Assembly: GCA_001595785.1 (NCBI GenBank)
Contig: LSSJ01000023.1
Span: 4,870-68,869 of the forward strand
Reading direction: 5' to 3'
DNA length: 64,000 nt
Source of the DNA: Euryarchaeota archaeon SM23-78
Lineage (GTDB): Archaea; Nanobdellota; Nanobdellia; Woesearchaeales; SM23-78
Part shown: positions 45,620-55,245 of the stretch, piece after piece
Layout of the letters: each line of letters starts with the position of its first letter
Numbering within the stretch: the stretch's first letter is position 1
Notes under the pieces: generated by a model
Told to the model about the DNA's origin: nothing
The model's database searches: none
Seen by the model: the letters and a program-made list of their open reading frames with translations, nothing else
Translations under genes and position numbers: made by a program

Positions 45620-45961
45620 ATGATAGTAAAAAAAGCGTCTAGAAAAGAAAAAGTAATTGCAAACAACTGCGTTGTTTGGGAGCATGATTTAAATAACAAG
45701 AATTTGGGGTTTGCTTTAGCTAAGATTAATGGAAGATTCCCCAACTCTGAAAGAGTTGCAAATAAAATATGTCAAGAAGTTTATTATGTGATTAGTGGAA
45801 AAGGTAGTGTGTTCTTAGAAGGAAAAGAAATAAAGTTAGAGCAAGGAGATGTTTTTCTTATTAAAGCTGGTAAGAAGTATTATGTTACTGGAAAAGACTT
45901 GGTTCTAGCAGTGTCATCCTCACCTGCTTGGTATGCTGAGCAGCAAGAGTTTTGTGACTAA
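45620..45961 (+). CDS. Cupin-domain protein
   Basis: EVYYVISGKGSVFLEGKEIKLEQGDVFLIKAGKKYYV cupin barrel. Start moved to ATG 45620 because the track start lies inside tRNA-Phe. Confidence 0.6.
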   Translation: MIVKKASRKEKVIANNCVVWEHDLNNKNLGFALAKINGRFPNSERVANKICQEVYYVISGKGSVFLEGKEIKLEQGDVFLIKAGKKYYVTGKDLVLAVSSSPAWYAEQQEFCD

Positions 45962-45967
45962 TTCTCC

Positions 45968-46166
45968 TGTGCTTCGCAAGGTTGGCGCCAGGCTCGCATG
46001 ATCGATTATTTAGCAGAGTAGCGACATCCCCGGATGGGGCACGTCCCCCTGTCGCTGGTTGATTACTTTTTTTGAGTATGCTCGCAAATTGGCGCTGCTC
46101 AAAAATCGTAGATTTTTGGCAGCCCAAAAGCTTTGCTTTTGATGCAACCCACCCTTGCTACGCAGA
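45968..46166 (+). ncRNA. Unassigned GC-rich structured RNA candidate
   Basis: Convergent intergenic region much more GC-rich than its flanks. Closing helix CTGTG/CGCAG (45968-72 with 46162-66) and GCAAGG/CCTTGC (45977-82 with 46154-59). The T-G wobble in that helix is tolerated only on the plus strand. Other helices: GCGCCA/TGGCGC (45986-91 with 46091-96), AGCGACA/TGTCGCT (46021-27 with 46051-57), CAAAAATC/GATTTTTG (46101-08 with 46112-19), CAAAAGC/GCTTTTG (46126-32 with 46136-42). Confidence 0.4.
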
Positions 46167-46179
46167 ATTAAGATTAAGC

Positions 46180-48450
46180 CTAACTCGTAGAAATAACCGA
46201 TGTTAATATTGAACCTGCTATTAAGGTGAAGAGGATGGTTACGCAAAGAGCCACTATCACATAGGTGACTGTGGTTTTTAAGAGGTTATTGCCAATTATA
46301 TATCTCTCACTGAGTTTGTCACTGCCATTCTCTATACCATTTATAAGGACTGATAGAATAAAGGTTATTTGTACCACATATAGTCCTACTATTATCTGGA
46401 AATAATAAGTTGGGATTCCTGTTCCAAACATGCCAAGCACCCCACCCATTCCTCCTATATCACCTCCTGCTCCTCCTGCTTCTGAACCCAAAGCAGAGAG
46501 CATTAAGGACAGGTTGCCTAGTATCTGGGTTATCATGCTTGTAATACCAACAACTATGCCTGCTATGGCTGGTGTTAGGAAACTTATCTGGCTCTTCATG
46601 CTACTCACAATATCAGCCATTAAGTCATTTAACCTCTCATCAACCCTGTGCATCTGCTTAATGTACTCTGATATGTTGATTACTGCTTGGCTTGCAATCA
46701 GAGGCCCTTTCTTGCTGCTCTCCACTAATACTTTCATGCTACTCTCAATAAGATTAGAAGGATAATAAACAAGGGCTCCTCTTTTTCTATCAAAGATTGC
46801 TTGCTCAACATTCATACCTAGCTTTGAGATATTTATGCTCACCAATTCAAAGAACCTGCCACTTAGAGTGCCTTCCATTACCTGAGCTACTTTTCCAAAA
46901 GCTATTTCTGCTGGTAAGCCATCTCCAAGTCTGTTACCAAGCTGGAACAAGGCTGAAGCAAACTCTTTTTCCAAGGCCTTGGCTTGCTCTCTTATTTTTA
47001 TCACATTCTTGCTTCTGAAATGATAGTAAATGCCAATTCCTATACCAAAGGCAAGCACCATGAACAAACTTAGAATGGTTGCTCCTAGGCCAAAAGGCCC
47101 TACTAGTTTGCCTGTTGGTCCTCCAGAAACAACCTCTTCTCTATAGCCTAGGAAATAAAAGGTTGCGTCTAGGTGAGTAGGCTCATTAATGACTTGTAAA
47201 CCCCCTTCTTTTAGTACTGCTAAGTCCTGGTCAGGATTGACTGCATGCATTATCAGAGGCAAGCTACCAATTATGAATAGTATGATAAAGATTATTATAG
47301 CAACCACCGAAGGGCTTATTCTAAGCTCCTCTTTACCAATAGGAATAAGGATGTTCCTGTACTTCCTCAGGGCTTTATTAGTCTCAGAGATATCGCTCTC
47401 CCCATACCCTGTTGGTCTTGTTGAGAGGATGTTTCTTGCAAGATAAAAAACTACTACTGGCAGTACAACATTGTATAGCATAAATAAATGATACCATTTC
47501 ACTTCTGGCATAAAACTAACAAGCAAGGGTAAAATAACCAGGCCAAGAATTGGAAGGATTATTCCAAGCATGTGCAGAGCTGTAAGCGGTCCTTTAAGGT
47601 TATGTGCATAGTGCAGCATCTTCTCATAAGTCTCTTCAAGAATAACACTCAAGGACTTGTCAAGAGCATCCAGTCTTCTGCCCTCTGTGCTCTCATAAAG
47701 CGAGGACTCGATTAGGTGTATGCTCTCAATGAACTCCATGTTATATTTACGCCAAGTCCTTAGGTAATCATCAAGACTCTCCTTTAATGTGTCAAACGTC
47801 TCTGACTCAACATCCCATAACACTTTTTTTAAATCAAAAGCAAGAGGGGGCGCAAGGTGTTCTGCTGCAAAGCTAAGAGCCCTCTCAAGATTACTGGTAT
47901 GCCTCATGTAAGTAACAATATAAAAAATGCATAAGACCATTTGGTTGCTGGCCTTCATTCTCCAGTTATTAGCAAGAAAAAAAGGAAGCTTCTGTATGGG
48001 TATAACTATTCCTAGACCAGCCAGGATTGCGAAGAGTACAAAGAACATGTTTCCGCTTCCAGGCATGATTAGTGAAGGAATGATAAAAGCAATAAAGATT
48101 ATTGAGAGGGCAAATAGAAAGGGTGCAAGCAGAGAAGCACTCATAACTCCTGTTGGGGTAACCTCTAAATGGCATATTCTTATTGCTTCTTTAAGTTCAG
48201 GTATCTTCTTTTTTTCAGGTTCTGCTCTTAAGATTTTTTCAGACCAGTTGCAGAACTTCTCATAAAAACTAAGATGATGAGGCATCCTTTCCTTCTTAAA
48301 TGCCTTGTACTCTCTTGAGGTAAGAGGTTGTGCCTCTGGAGAATAAGGAGCAGTGGCTTGTGGTTTTCCTGGCTCTTTCTCTTTAAAACTCTTTCTTATT
48401 CTTCTCTCATATTTTGCTTTAATCTCCTCTAAAGTCTCTTCTTCTGCCAT
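46180..48450 (-). CDS. FlaJ/TadC/PilC-family polytopic membrane platform protein (unusually long, 756 aa)
   Basis: At least 9 hydrophobic segments in two blocks separated by cytoplasmic helical domains. It lies immediately downstream of the secretion ATPase. Confidence 0.6.
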   Translation of the reverse strand: MAEEETLEEIKAKYERRIRKSFKEKEPGKPQATAPYSPEAQPLTSREYKAFKKERMPHHLSFYEKFCNWSEKILRAEPEKKKIPELKEAIRICHLEVTPTGVMSASLLAPFLFALSIIFIAFIIPSLIMPGSGNMFFVLFAILAGLGIVIPIQKLPFFLANNWRMKASNQMVLCIFYIVTYMRHTSNLERALSFAAEHLAPPLAFDLKKVLWDVESETFDTLKESLDDYLRTWRKYNMEFIESIHLIESSLYESTEGRRLDALDKSLSVILEETYEKMLHYAHNLKGPLTALHMLGIILPILGLVILPLLVSFMPEVKWYHLFMLYNVVLPVVVFYLARNILSTRPTGYGESDISETNKALRKYRNILIPIGKEELRISPSVVAIIIFIILFIIGSLPLIMHAVNPDQDLAVLKEGGLQVINEPTHLDATFYFLGYREEVVSGGPTGKLVGPFGLGATILSLFMVLAFGIGIGIYYHFRSKNVIKIREQAKALEKEFASALFQLGNRLGDGLPAEIAFGKVAQVMEGTLSGRFFELVSINISKLGMNVEQAIFDRKRGALVYYPSNLIESSMKVLVESSKKGPLIASQAVINISEYIKQMHRVDERLNDLMADIVSSMKSQISFLTPAIAGIVVGITSMITQILGNLSLMLSALGSEAGGAGGDIGGMGGVLGMFGTGIPTYYFQIIVGLYVVQITFILSVLINGIENGSDKLSERYIIGNNLLKTTVTYVIVALCVTILFTLIAGSILTSVISTS

Positions 48451-48465
48451 TTAATCCAGCCATAT

Positions 48466-50775
48466 CTATCCTTGTTTTTCTAAGCTTGGCTCCTTGGTCT
48501 TCTCTTTCTTAACCTCTTTTTTTAGCCACTCACTCCATTCAAAGAGGATTCTGTCAGAATCAAGTCTTCCTGTCTTGTCCTTTACCTTGTCACAAATCTT
48601 ATGGAACTGGTCATTACACTTAATAACAAATCTTGCTTCTAGTAAGTCAAGATTTTTCTCTGCTTCAGCAGTCTTAACCAGCTCTTCCTTGGTCTTAGTT
48701 CTAAGCATCACATTATCCCACACAGCATCCCAATTACCAGCCCACTCCTTTACATTACCAGCTATTGCTTTGAGCACATCACTGTCACCATTAATAAGTT
48801 CGTCAGTAGGCTCAAGCTCATCAGTCTTAGAATTGTACTTCATAAGGTCAACAAAACCATGTTCTCTAAGAGGGTCATCCTCCCATTCCTTTCTAACCTC
48901 TGTTATCTGAGTAACTCTTCTCCACCTATGCAACCCATCTGGGCTTCTAATAGGATTTGCAACAATAATAATATCTGTAGCCTTAAAACTGGTTCTAGGC
49001 ACTCCCAAATCATTAACAACCCTGTCAAAAACACCATAAGGGCTGTCTCCATGAATGGTTCCTGCAACCACATTGGCAAGGGCTCCTACACGCATAGCTT
49101 CATAAAGAGCAGCTGCTTCTGTGCTCCTCACCTCTCCCACTATAAGAGCAGAGTCTCCTAATCTTAGGGTTGTTCTAATACCTTCGTCAGCAGGCACCTC
49201 TGCTGTTCCTTTGGTAAGAGCAGAAGCTACTTTCATGGGTTGGATGTTATAGCCAAGACTTCTGAGACTCTCTGTTGGTAACTCCAAAGTATCCTCTATA
49301 GTGATAATCCTGTATCTCCTCATAATATCTACCATTATACTGCCTAACAAACTAGTCTTACCAGCACTCCTAGTACCAGCCACAAGGAAGGTGTGGTTAC
49401 CATCAATAATAAAACTTATCAAGCCTGCTGCTAATGGATTAATCATTTTATTATGAATAAACAAAGGCAAAGTCCAAGGCTTGTCACGGTGACGCCTGAA
49501 TGCATACGCAATACCAAATGGATTAAGAGGAGGAGCAATCACTCCTACTCTTGCCCTTGCAATGCCAGGAATAATTATCTCTGTGTCAAGCACAGGATTA
49601 GCTTCATCTAAAGGTCTCCCACTAATCATTCTAAGCTTTGAAGCCCAGCTCTCAGCATCACTCACACTAGGAATAATATTTGTCCTGCAATCACCATAGT
49701 CCTGGTGAACAATAAACACAGGAGCTTGTCCAGGGGGGCTGTTAAAAGTCACGTCCTGTATCTTGGGATCTTCTAATAAGATTTCTATCAAGCCAAAACC
49801 AACAGTGTATCTTATAAGTATCATGGTTAGTTCATGAAGTTGTTTCTCACTGAGCTTGACTCGTCTATAATTAGCCAGTTCTTCTAATAAGTCATGACCA
49901 ATATTATAGAACACTTCTCGCATGCGCTCAGGATCAACAAACTCTTGTTTGGTAGGCTTGTGCTCAGCAATAATATTCCTTGCTAAGTCTAATAATTCAT
50001 AGTAGTCCTCGCTCAGCTTGAACTCAGGAGGAGTAAGATGATATAAATATTGGACATCATCATCAAGCTCAAAAATAACCACCTCTGTGTTACCCACATT
50101 ATAGTTTTCAAGCTCACTCCCACCCTTAGGATAAGTAGCCATGAGCTTGGTGAACATAAAATCAGGCTTAATAGTAGGAGAAAATATTTTTGTGTAAATG
50201 CTTCTATCATAAGGCTTGTGGCCTGCTAGGAAAGGCTTGGCAACAGTTATGAGCCTGGACTTGTCAAGCTCATCAATAAGATAAGATAAGAGTTTGACAT
50301 ATAACTTATGAGCAGGAATAGATTCTAATGAGTCAGTCTCAAGCAATATTTTCTCGTGCCTAAGAATCCTTTTAAGCTCAGTATAACAAGTAAGAGGGTC
50401 TTTTTTTAAGGTGTCAAAGATGAGCCTATGAATCTGGTTATAGATAGAGCCAACATACATAGGAGGAATCTTGGCATGAATAGCTTCATAGCTGAACAAA
50501 TCCTTTTGCTTGATTAACCTGTTATAGAGAAGTGCCACTTCTATTAAGATCCTGGTCTGAGCATAATCATACTCATAATCCCTTTTCTGCAAAAAAACAA
50601 TCTTAGTAGTGGCTTTGTTCTCAATAAGCCTGTCCATGGTAAAAGCCATAAGACCCGAGTTATCCTCAATAGAAGGAACAGTAGTTAAGTCTTCACAATT
50701 AATCTTCAGAATAGTATCCTCTCCCTCTCTTATAATTTCATGAGGAAGACTTCCAGCAGTTTTTTCAGCAGGCAT
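48466..50775 (-). CDS. Type II/IV secretion-family ATPase (FlaI/PilB/VirB11-like) with a long N-terminal extension (769 aa)
   Basis: Walker A AGTRSAGKTSLLGS, Walker B/Asp box ALIVGEVRSTEA, His box AGTIHGDSP. Confidence 0.8.
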   Translation of the reverse strand: MPAEKTAGSLPHEIIREGEDTILKINCEDLTTVPSIEDNSGLMAFTMDRLIENKATTKIVFLQKRDYEYDYAQTRILIEVALLYNRLIKQKDLFSYEAIHAKIPPMYVGSIYNQIHRLIFDTLKKDPLTCYTELKRILRHEKILLETDSLESIPAHKLYVKLLSYLIDELDKSRLITVAKPFLAGHKPYDRSIYTKIFSPTIKPDFMFTKLMATYPKGGSELENYNVGNTEVVIFELDDDVQYLYHLTPPEFKLSEDYYELLDLARNIIAEHKPTKQEFVDPERMREVFYNIGHDLLEELANYRRVKLSEKQLHELTMILIRYTVGFGLIEILLEDPKIQDVTFNSPPGQAPVFIVHQDYGDCRTNIIPSVSDAESWASKLRMISGRPLDEANPVLDTEIIIPGIARARVGVIAPPLNPFGIAYAFRRHRDKPWTLPLFIHNKMINPLAAGLISFIIDGNHTFLVAGTRSAGKTSLLGSIMVDIMRRYRIITIEDTLELPTESLRSLGYNIQPMKVASALTKGTAEVPADEGIRTTLRLGDSALIVGEVRSTEAAALYEAMRVGALANVVAGTIHGDSPYGVFDRVVNDLGVPRTSFKATDIIIVANPIRSPDGLHRWRRVTQITEVRKEWEDDPLREHGFVDLMKYNSKTDELEPTDELINGDSDVLKAIAGNVKEWAGNWDAVWDNVMLRTKTKEELVKTAEAEKNLDLLEARFVIKCNDQFHKICDKVKDKTGRLDSDRILFEWSEWLKKEVKKEKTKEPSLEKQG

Positions 50776-50930
50776 TAAACACCCTCTTTTTTATAGCTAA
50801 ACCTAGCTAAAATAAAATATGCAAATAAGTGTATATAAATGTTTTGCTAGTTAAAAATATTATTATCATCCGTCGACTAATCCAAAATCCAAAAACATTA
50901 AATACTATAAGAGCAAAACAAATAAACATC

Positions 50931-51362
50931 ATGGCTGAGCCGAGTTTATATCCAACCCAGACCCCTCCTCCTACTGGCCCTGTTAGAAAGCAGTCTCCTG
51001 ATTCAGCCTTGTTCATAAGGATTTCAAAGAATGTTAATAACATAGCTGCTAGTCTTAGAATTCTTGAGGAGCGCTACTCTACTCTGAGGAACAGAGGCCA
51101 GGTGGCAGATCAGCACATTATTGAATTAGACAAGGATGTTAGGAATGATATTAAGCTCTTATCAGAGGGCTTGGTTGAGCTTAAGAGGGAGATAGAGGAT
51201 ATTAAGGACAAGCTCAGGCTTATAAGCGGGGAGATGAGGAATCTGGTGAAGAAGGACGAATTCAGGGTTATGGAACGATACGTTGATATGTGGCAACCCA
51301 TGAATTTTATTACTAGGAATGAACTTAACAAGTTATTAGAAGAGAAGAGTCAAGAGAAATAA
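50931..51362 (+). CDS. Coiled-coil protein divergent from the pilus ATPase gene
   Basis: Start moved to the ATG at 50931 (MAEPSLYPTQ). Heptad-rich LRILEERYSTLRN...ELKREIEDIKDKL. Confidence 0.5.
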   Translation: MAEPSLYPTQTPPPTGPVRKQSPDSALFIRISKNVNNIAASLRILEERYSTLRNRGQVADQHIIELDKDVRNDIKLLSEGLVELKREIEDIKDKLRLISGEMRNLVKKDEFRVMERYVDMWQPMNFITRNELNKLLEEKSQEK

Positions 51363-51521
51363 TTAGTATAAAGACCTATAATAATCTAAATCAATTAATT
51401 TAACACAACAATTATTCAATAAAAATAAACTTTTTGAGCATAAATCTATTAACAAAAGATTTATATATCTGGTTTTATAAGAACAGTTTAAAGGAGAAGT
51501 AAAAGAGGTGTTTTTTTGGCT

Positions 51522-52115
51522 ATGTTCAATAAATCAGCAGATCTGCCTGTTGACCAAGTAAAAGCTCTGAGAGCTAGGGGCTTTGATAATAATCAGATAG
51601 TCCAGGCTCTGCAGAGGAATGGATATTCCTCAACCCAGATATTTGATGCTTTAAACCAAGCAGATCTTGAGAGCGGTGCGCCTATGCAGGATTCTTCTAT
51701 GGGAATGCCTCCTCCTCCATCAGGAGGTGAAACAGCTCAGGAATATGCCCAGGATTATGCTGCTACAGGAGGAGGTGCAGGTGTTTCTAATGAGGAAATA
51801 GAGGAGTTGGTCGAGAGTGTTATTGATGAGAAATGGGAGGATCTTACCAAGGATATTAATAAGATTGTTGAGTGGAAGAATGATGTTGAGGTAAAACTCA
51901 CTAAGTTAGAGGAACGCTTTGAAGGTTTGAGAAGGGAGTTTGACAAGCTTCACCAAGCCATTATTGGTAAGATAGGAGAGTATGATAAGAACATCCTGGC
52001 AGTCGGCGCTGAGATTAAAGCCATGGAAAAGGTTTTCTCAAAGGTGCTTCCTGTGTTCACAGAAAATGTTAATGAGCTGGATAGGATCACTAAGAGCTTG
52101 AAGGGTAATCCATAG
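51522..52115 (+). CDS. Protein with a UBA-like N-terminal helix bundle and a coiled coil
   Basis: VDQVKALRARGFDNNQIVQALQRNGYSSTQIFDAL, then an acidic linker and a coiled coil. Confidence 0.5.
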   Translation: MFNKSADLPVDQVKALRARGFDNNQIVQALQRNGYSSTQIFDALNQADLESGAPMQDSSMGMPPPPSGGETAQEYAQDYAATGGGAGVSNEEIEELVESVIDEKWEDLTKDINKIVEWKNDVEVKLTKLEERFEGLRREFDKLHQAIIGKIGEYDKNILAVGAEIKAMEKVFSKVLPVFTENVNELDRITKSLKGNP

Positions 52116-52159
52116 GAGTAAGAAGATTTCTTTTGTAATTTTAAACATATTCTAGAACA

Positions 52160-52756
52160 CTACTTGGCCGGCTTAGTCAGAAATATCATGGCAAACATTC
52201 CTATTAGGAAGATAAATAATAAGCCAAGCACCTTAGGATGTCTGAGAGTGTTAATAACATTTGTTGCAAAGCTAGGAGTGGCTGTACTCGTGGTACCAGG
52301 ACTTGGACCTGGTAATATTGGCCCTTCTATTGAAGTATTGGTGGGCTGAGTTCCTTCACCGCTTTCAAGTAGTTTCTGACCAAAAGCAGTGCCAACAGAT
52401 AAGGCAAGTATTAGTCCTACAAGGGCTATTAGCCAGGGATAAACATTTGGGTCTGCTATCAGTTGTCGCATATCTGCTTCTGTGCGTCCAAACATTCTTA
52501 CCATGAACAAGGTGAAGAAGATGAAGATGGCTAGCACTATGAACCAGGGTACCATCATCTCTACCATGCTAGAAGCAGTTCTGGATATTAAGAAGAGGAG
52601 AGCAATCACAAAGGCTGTTATGCCATGTAATCCTCTCTTGCCTTCACCAAACACTTTCAGATATTCTAATAATCCGTACACTATTAAGAAGACCAGTAGT
52701 ACTACAAAAATTACTCCAAAACTCTCTACTAAACCTATGTCAAGGAAGGTCGCCAT
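52160..52756 (-). CDS. Polytopic membrane protein, paralogue family member 1 of 3
   Basis: Shared N-terminal block: hydrophobic helix, then L(E/Q)(K/Y)(T/L)K(I/V)(L/F)GEGK(R/K). Confidence 0.55.
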   Translation of the reverse strand: MATFLDIGLVESFGVIFVVLLVFLIVYGLLEYLKVFGEGKRGLHGITAFVIALLFLISRTASSMVEMMVPWFIVLAIFIFFTLFMVRMFGRTEADMRQLIADPNVYPWLIALVGLILALSVGTAFGQKLLESGEGTQPTNTSIEGPILPGPSPGTTSTATPSFATNVINTLRHPKVLGLLFIFLIGMFAMIFLTKPAK

Positions 52757-52795
52757 TTTAAAAAAATGTAATTAAAAAAATATTTATTTAACTAT

Positions 52796-53383
52796 TTATT
52801 TTTCACTCTTCTTCTTTATAACCTTACCCCAATCCTCTACTAACCTACCAAGGCCTCTTACTTCTTCTCCTTTCTTCTCTTCTTTGGTTATAAACCATAT
52901 TATTATTCCAAAGACTAGAATCATCACTATTAAGGCTTGGAGTTCAGGATTAGATAAGAAGCCTAGCCACCAAGGCAGCATAAACCATCCAATTGCACTG
53001 CCAAAGATAAGCACCACTGATACTATGGCTAGTATTATCACCCAGAATGATAATGAGGTCCCTGCAATATCTATCTCATTACCAAACACTCCTATTATTA
53101 AGAGTACCATGATTATGGCTACTACTATTACTGATACCTGAGGTAAAGCATCAAGAAGTACCACTACTGGGTCCCAGGTATGATACCATCCTGTAAAATG
53201 GGGTAGAACAAATGCTAAGCCCATCAGAAGAGCTAAAACAACATTAAACTGTTTTTTACCTTCCCCAAGTATCTTGGTCTTTTGCAGAACTGCGTAGACT
53301 ATTACAAATACAAACAAAAAGGGGAGTAGAAACTCTACCACAGCCGGTCGTATAAGGATACTCAACATGTTTTCAAATGCCAT
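52796..53383 (-). CDS. Polytopic membrane protein, paralogue family member 2 of 3
   Basis: LLPFLFVFVIVYAVLQKTKILGEGKKQFN block and the same TM layout. Confidence 0.55.
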   Translation of the reverse strand: MAFENMLSILIRPAVVEFLLPFLFVFVIVYAVLQKTKILGEGKKQFNVVLALLMGLAFVLPHFTGWYHTWDPVVVLLDALPQVSVIVVAIIMVLLIIGVFGNEIDIAGTSLSFWVIILAIVSVVLIFGSAIGWFMLPWWLGFLSNPELQALIVMILVFGIIIWFITKEEKKGEEVRGLGRLVEDWGKVIKKKSEK

Positions 53384-53449
53384 TTTTCATCAAACCTCCT
53401 TTTATTAATCAAACAATAGTATAAATCCTTTTTATAACTTTTTATATAT

Positions 53450-54025
53450 TTAACTCTCTGTTTCTTCTTCACTCTTCTTCTTTTTGTCAAATCCTCCTGT
53501 AACATAAGCAATAGCCACTATGATGATTACTACAAATATAATAGAGGAAACAACAACTGTGCTAAAACCAAACACCACATAGTTATAGATAACTTGTAGC
53601 CAGCCAAGGGCGTTTAAGAACACCATCACTATGCCTATGAACATAATCCACATGAAAGCAGTTCTCCAACCTTTCTTAAGAGCAAATTCTTCTTTGCCTG
53701 TATGAAAACTACCCACAAGCATTAAGAAGCATATGGATAGTAATAAGAGCAGTACTGTATGAGCTAAAACTTCATTAATAATAGCAACTAGCTGGGTTGA
53801 GGCAACCACAAAAAAAGCAATTACAAATGCAGTCATGGCATTAAGATTCTTCCTGGTTAACTCTTTTCCCTCAATTTTCTCTGTGCCATAAATCTTGGTT
53901 TTCTCTAGAATAGCAAATATTAGGGTAAAGATAAGTAAGAATGGGAGCACAACATCATATACTCCTATCTGTCCAAAGAATTCAAGGGTTCCTCTAAAAA
54001 CCGATGGTTCTGGTGGCGGCACCAT
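53450..54025 (-). CDS. Polytopic membrane protein, paralogue family member 3 of 3
   Basis: VLPFLLIFTLIFAILEKTKIYGTEK block. The ATG at 54025 is preferred over the TTG at 54070. Confidence 0.55.
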   Translation of the reverse strand: MVPPPEPSVFRGTLEFFGQIGVYDVVLPFLLIFTLIFAILEKTKIYGTEKIEGKELTRKNLNAMTAFVIAFFVVASTQLVAIINEVLAHTVLLLLLSICFLMLVGSFHTGKEEFALKKGWRTAFMWIMFIGIVMVFLNALGWLQVIYNYVVFGFSTVVVSSIIFVVIIIVAIAYVTGGFDKKKKSEEETES

Positions 54026-54066
54026 GCTACTAACTCTGTAAGAGTACCTATTTAAAGGTTTCGTTC

Positions 54067-55215
54067 TCAAACAGATTTTCTCTTCTTAATAATAAATAAC
54101 ACAATAACAAGTATGATTATGACTGCTGCAATAGCCAAGATTATTATTAAAGGCAGAACCCTCTCTGGCCTTTCAATTATCTCTGGTTTTTCAGTGATAG
54201 TAATTAGGAAAGGATAAGTCCTTATTTGATTAGCATATATCAAAGTAATACTCATATTATATTCGCCTAGCTCAAGTCCTGTTGTATCAAAGAAGCCTGT
54301 GATTTGTCTTTCCTCATCTTTCGCAAGCACAAAAAGAGGCATCTCACTTTGCTCATCACCTATACTTATAAACCCTGCAACTGAGAGCTCTTTGTTCCAC
54401 TCATTATAAGCCTTAAAAACCACTTTGTTAATCTCATCTTTTACAAGCTTTCTGGTTATTAACTCCTTTATTCTTATAAGAGGAGTTCCAAGGCTGAACA
54501 TGGTTTCAAATGATTTATCAATCTCATCATAATAAGCATTCACAACAACCCTATACTCGCCTCTTCTAAGAATAGGGCTAGGCTCTGCCCTTGTTTTTCC
54601 CAGAGCATCCTGGTTAACCCTAATATCAGGCACACTCAGCTTTGAAATAAGAATATTACCAGGCTCATAGAGCTCTAGCTCTGCACCTGCCTTTAGAATA
54701 TCCTCTGAACCCATATTGTCAAACTCAACATAGATAGGTACAGGAGTGCCTTCATCAACCTGTTGCACAACCAGAGACACATCAGCATACTTAGAAGGAT
54801 AAGGAACTCTAATACTAATCGGTATTCTTGGAGAAACAAAAGCAGCAAACATCCTATCACTAGGACCAACTATTAGCGGAGTGATTTTTATAAAGCCTTT
54901 ATGAATGCCAGGCTCCATCTCAGCAGGAAAATTAAAAATAACCTTGAATGGAACCTGATATTTATCAGTCTCTAGCTGTACTTGCTTTTTCTCAAAAAAG
55001 ATTATATCTGAGAAATTATCAGAAACACTTAGGTCTACTTTTAAAGAGTTTTGTTCAGAATTAATAATATTAAACTCTAACTCAAGAGTTGTGTTAGGCT
55101 CAAAACTAACTGTTTTTCTAGCAGGACTAACACCCAAAGCACTAGTTAAAAAAAGGTTATATAATAAGATTAAAACAAGTACAAAAACAAGCCCTGAATA
55201 TTTTATAATTCTCAT
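54067..55215 (-). CDS. Secreted Ig-like/S-layer-domain-like protein with a C-terminal TM anchor
   Basis: Signal peptide, beta-rich body, C-terminal LPLIIILAIAAVIIILVIVLFII. Confidence 0.55.
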   Translation of the reverse strand: MRIIKYSGLVFVLVLILLYNLFLTSALGVSPARKTVSFEPNTTLELEFNIINSEQNSLKVDLSVSDNFSDIIFFEKKQVQLETDKYQVPFKVIFNFPAEMEPGIHKGFIKITPLIVGPSDRMFAAFVSPRIPISIRVPYPSKYADVSLVVQQVDEGTPVPIYVEFDNMGSEDILKAGAELELYEPGNILISKLSVPDIRVNQDALGKTRAEPSPILRRGEYRVVVNAYYDEIDKSFETMFSLGTPLIRIKELITRKLVKDEINKVVFKAYNEWNKELSVAGFISIGDEQSEMPLFVLAKDEERQITGFFDTTGLELGEYNMSITLIYANQIRTYPFLITITEKPEIIERPERVLPLIIILAIAAVIIILVIVLFIIKKRKSV

Positions 55216-55245
55216 TTTTATCAGAGTTTATTCTTATTGCATGCT

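Noticed and set aside
45430-45744. Track ORF 45430-45744(-) and the first 16 codons of 45572-45961(+)
   Set aside because: They overlap tRNA-Phe. The cupin CDS more plausibly starts at ATG 45620, after the tRNA 3' end.
45968-46166. Attempt to read the GC-rich element as a sixth (multi-intron or permuted) tRNA, SRP RNA, RNase P RNA or C/D sRNA
   Set aside because: No T-loop (TTCRA) or consistent acceptor, D and anticodon arrangement exists on either strand. The CCCC-GGAT-GGGG hairpin lacks the GNAR loop and AGCA motif of SRP helix 8. No RNase P CR-I/CR-V or C/D boxes are present. It is left as unassigned.
45885-46246. Track ORFs 45885-46127(-) and 46010-46246(-)
   Set aside because: They run through the GC-rich structured intergenic element and into neighbouring genes. 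They have no motifs and are likely artefacts of GC-rich RNA-like sequence.
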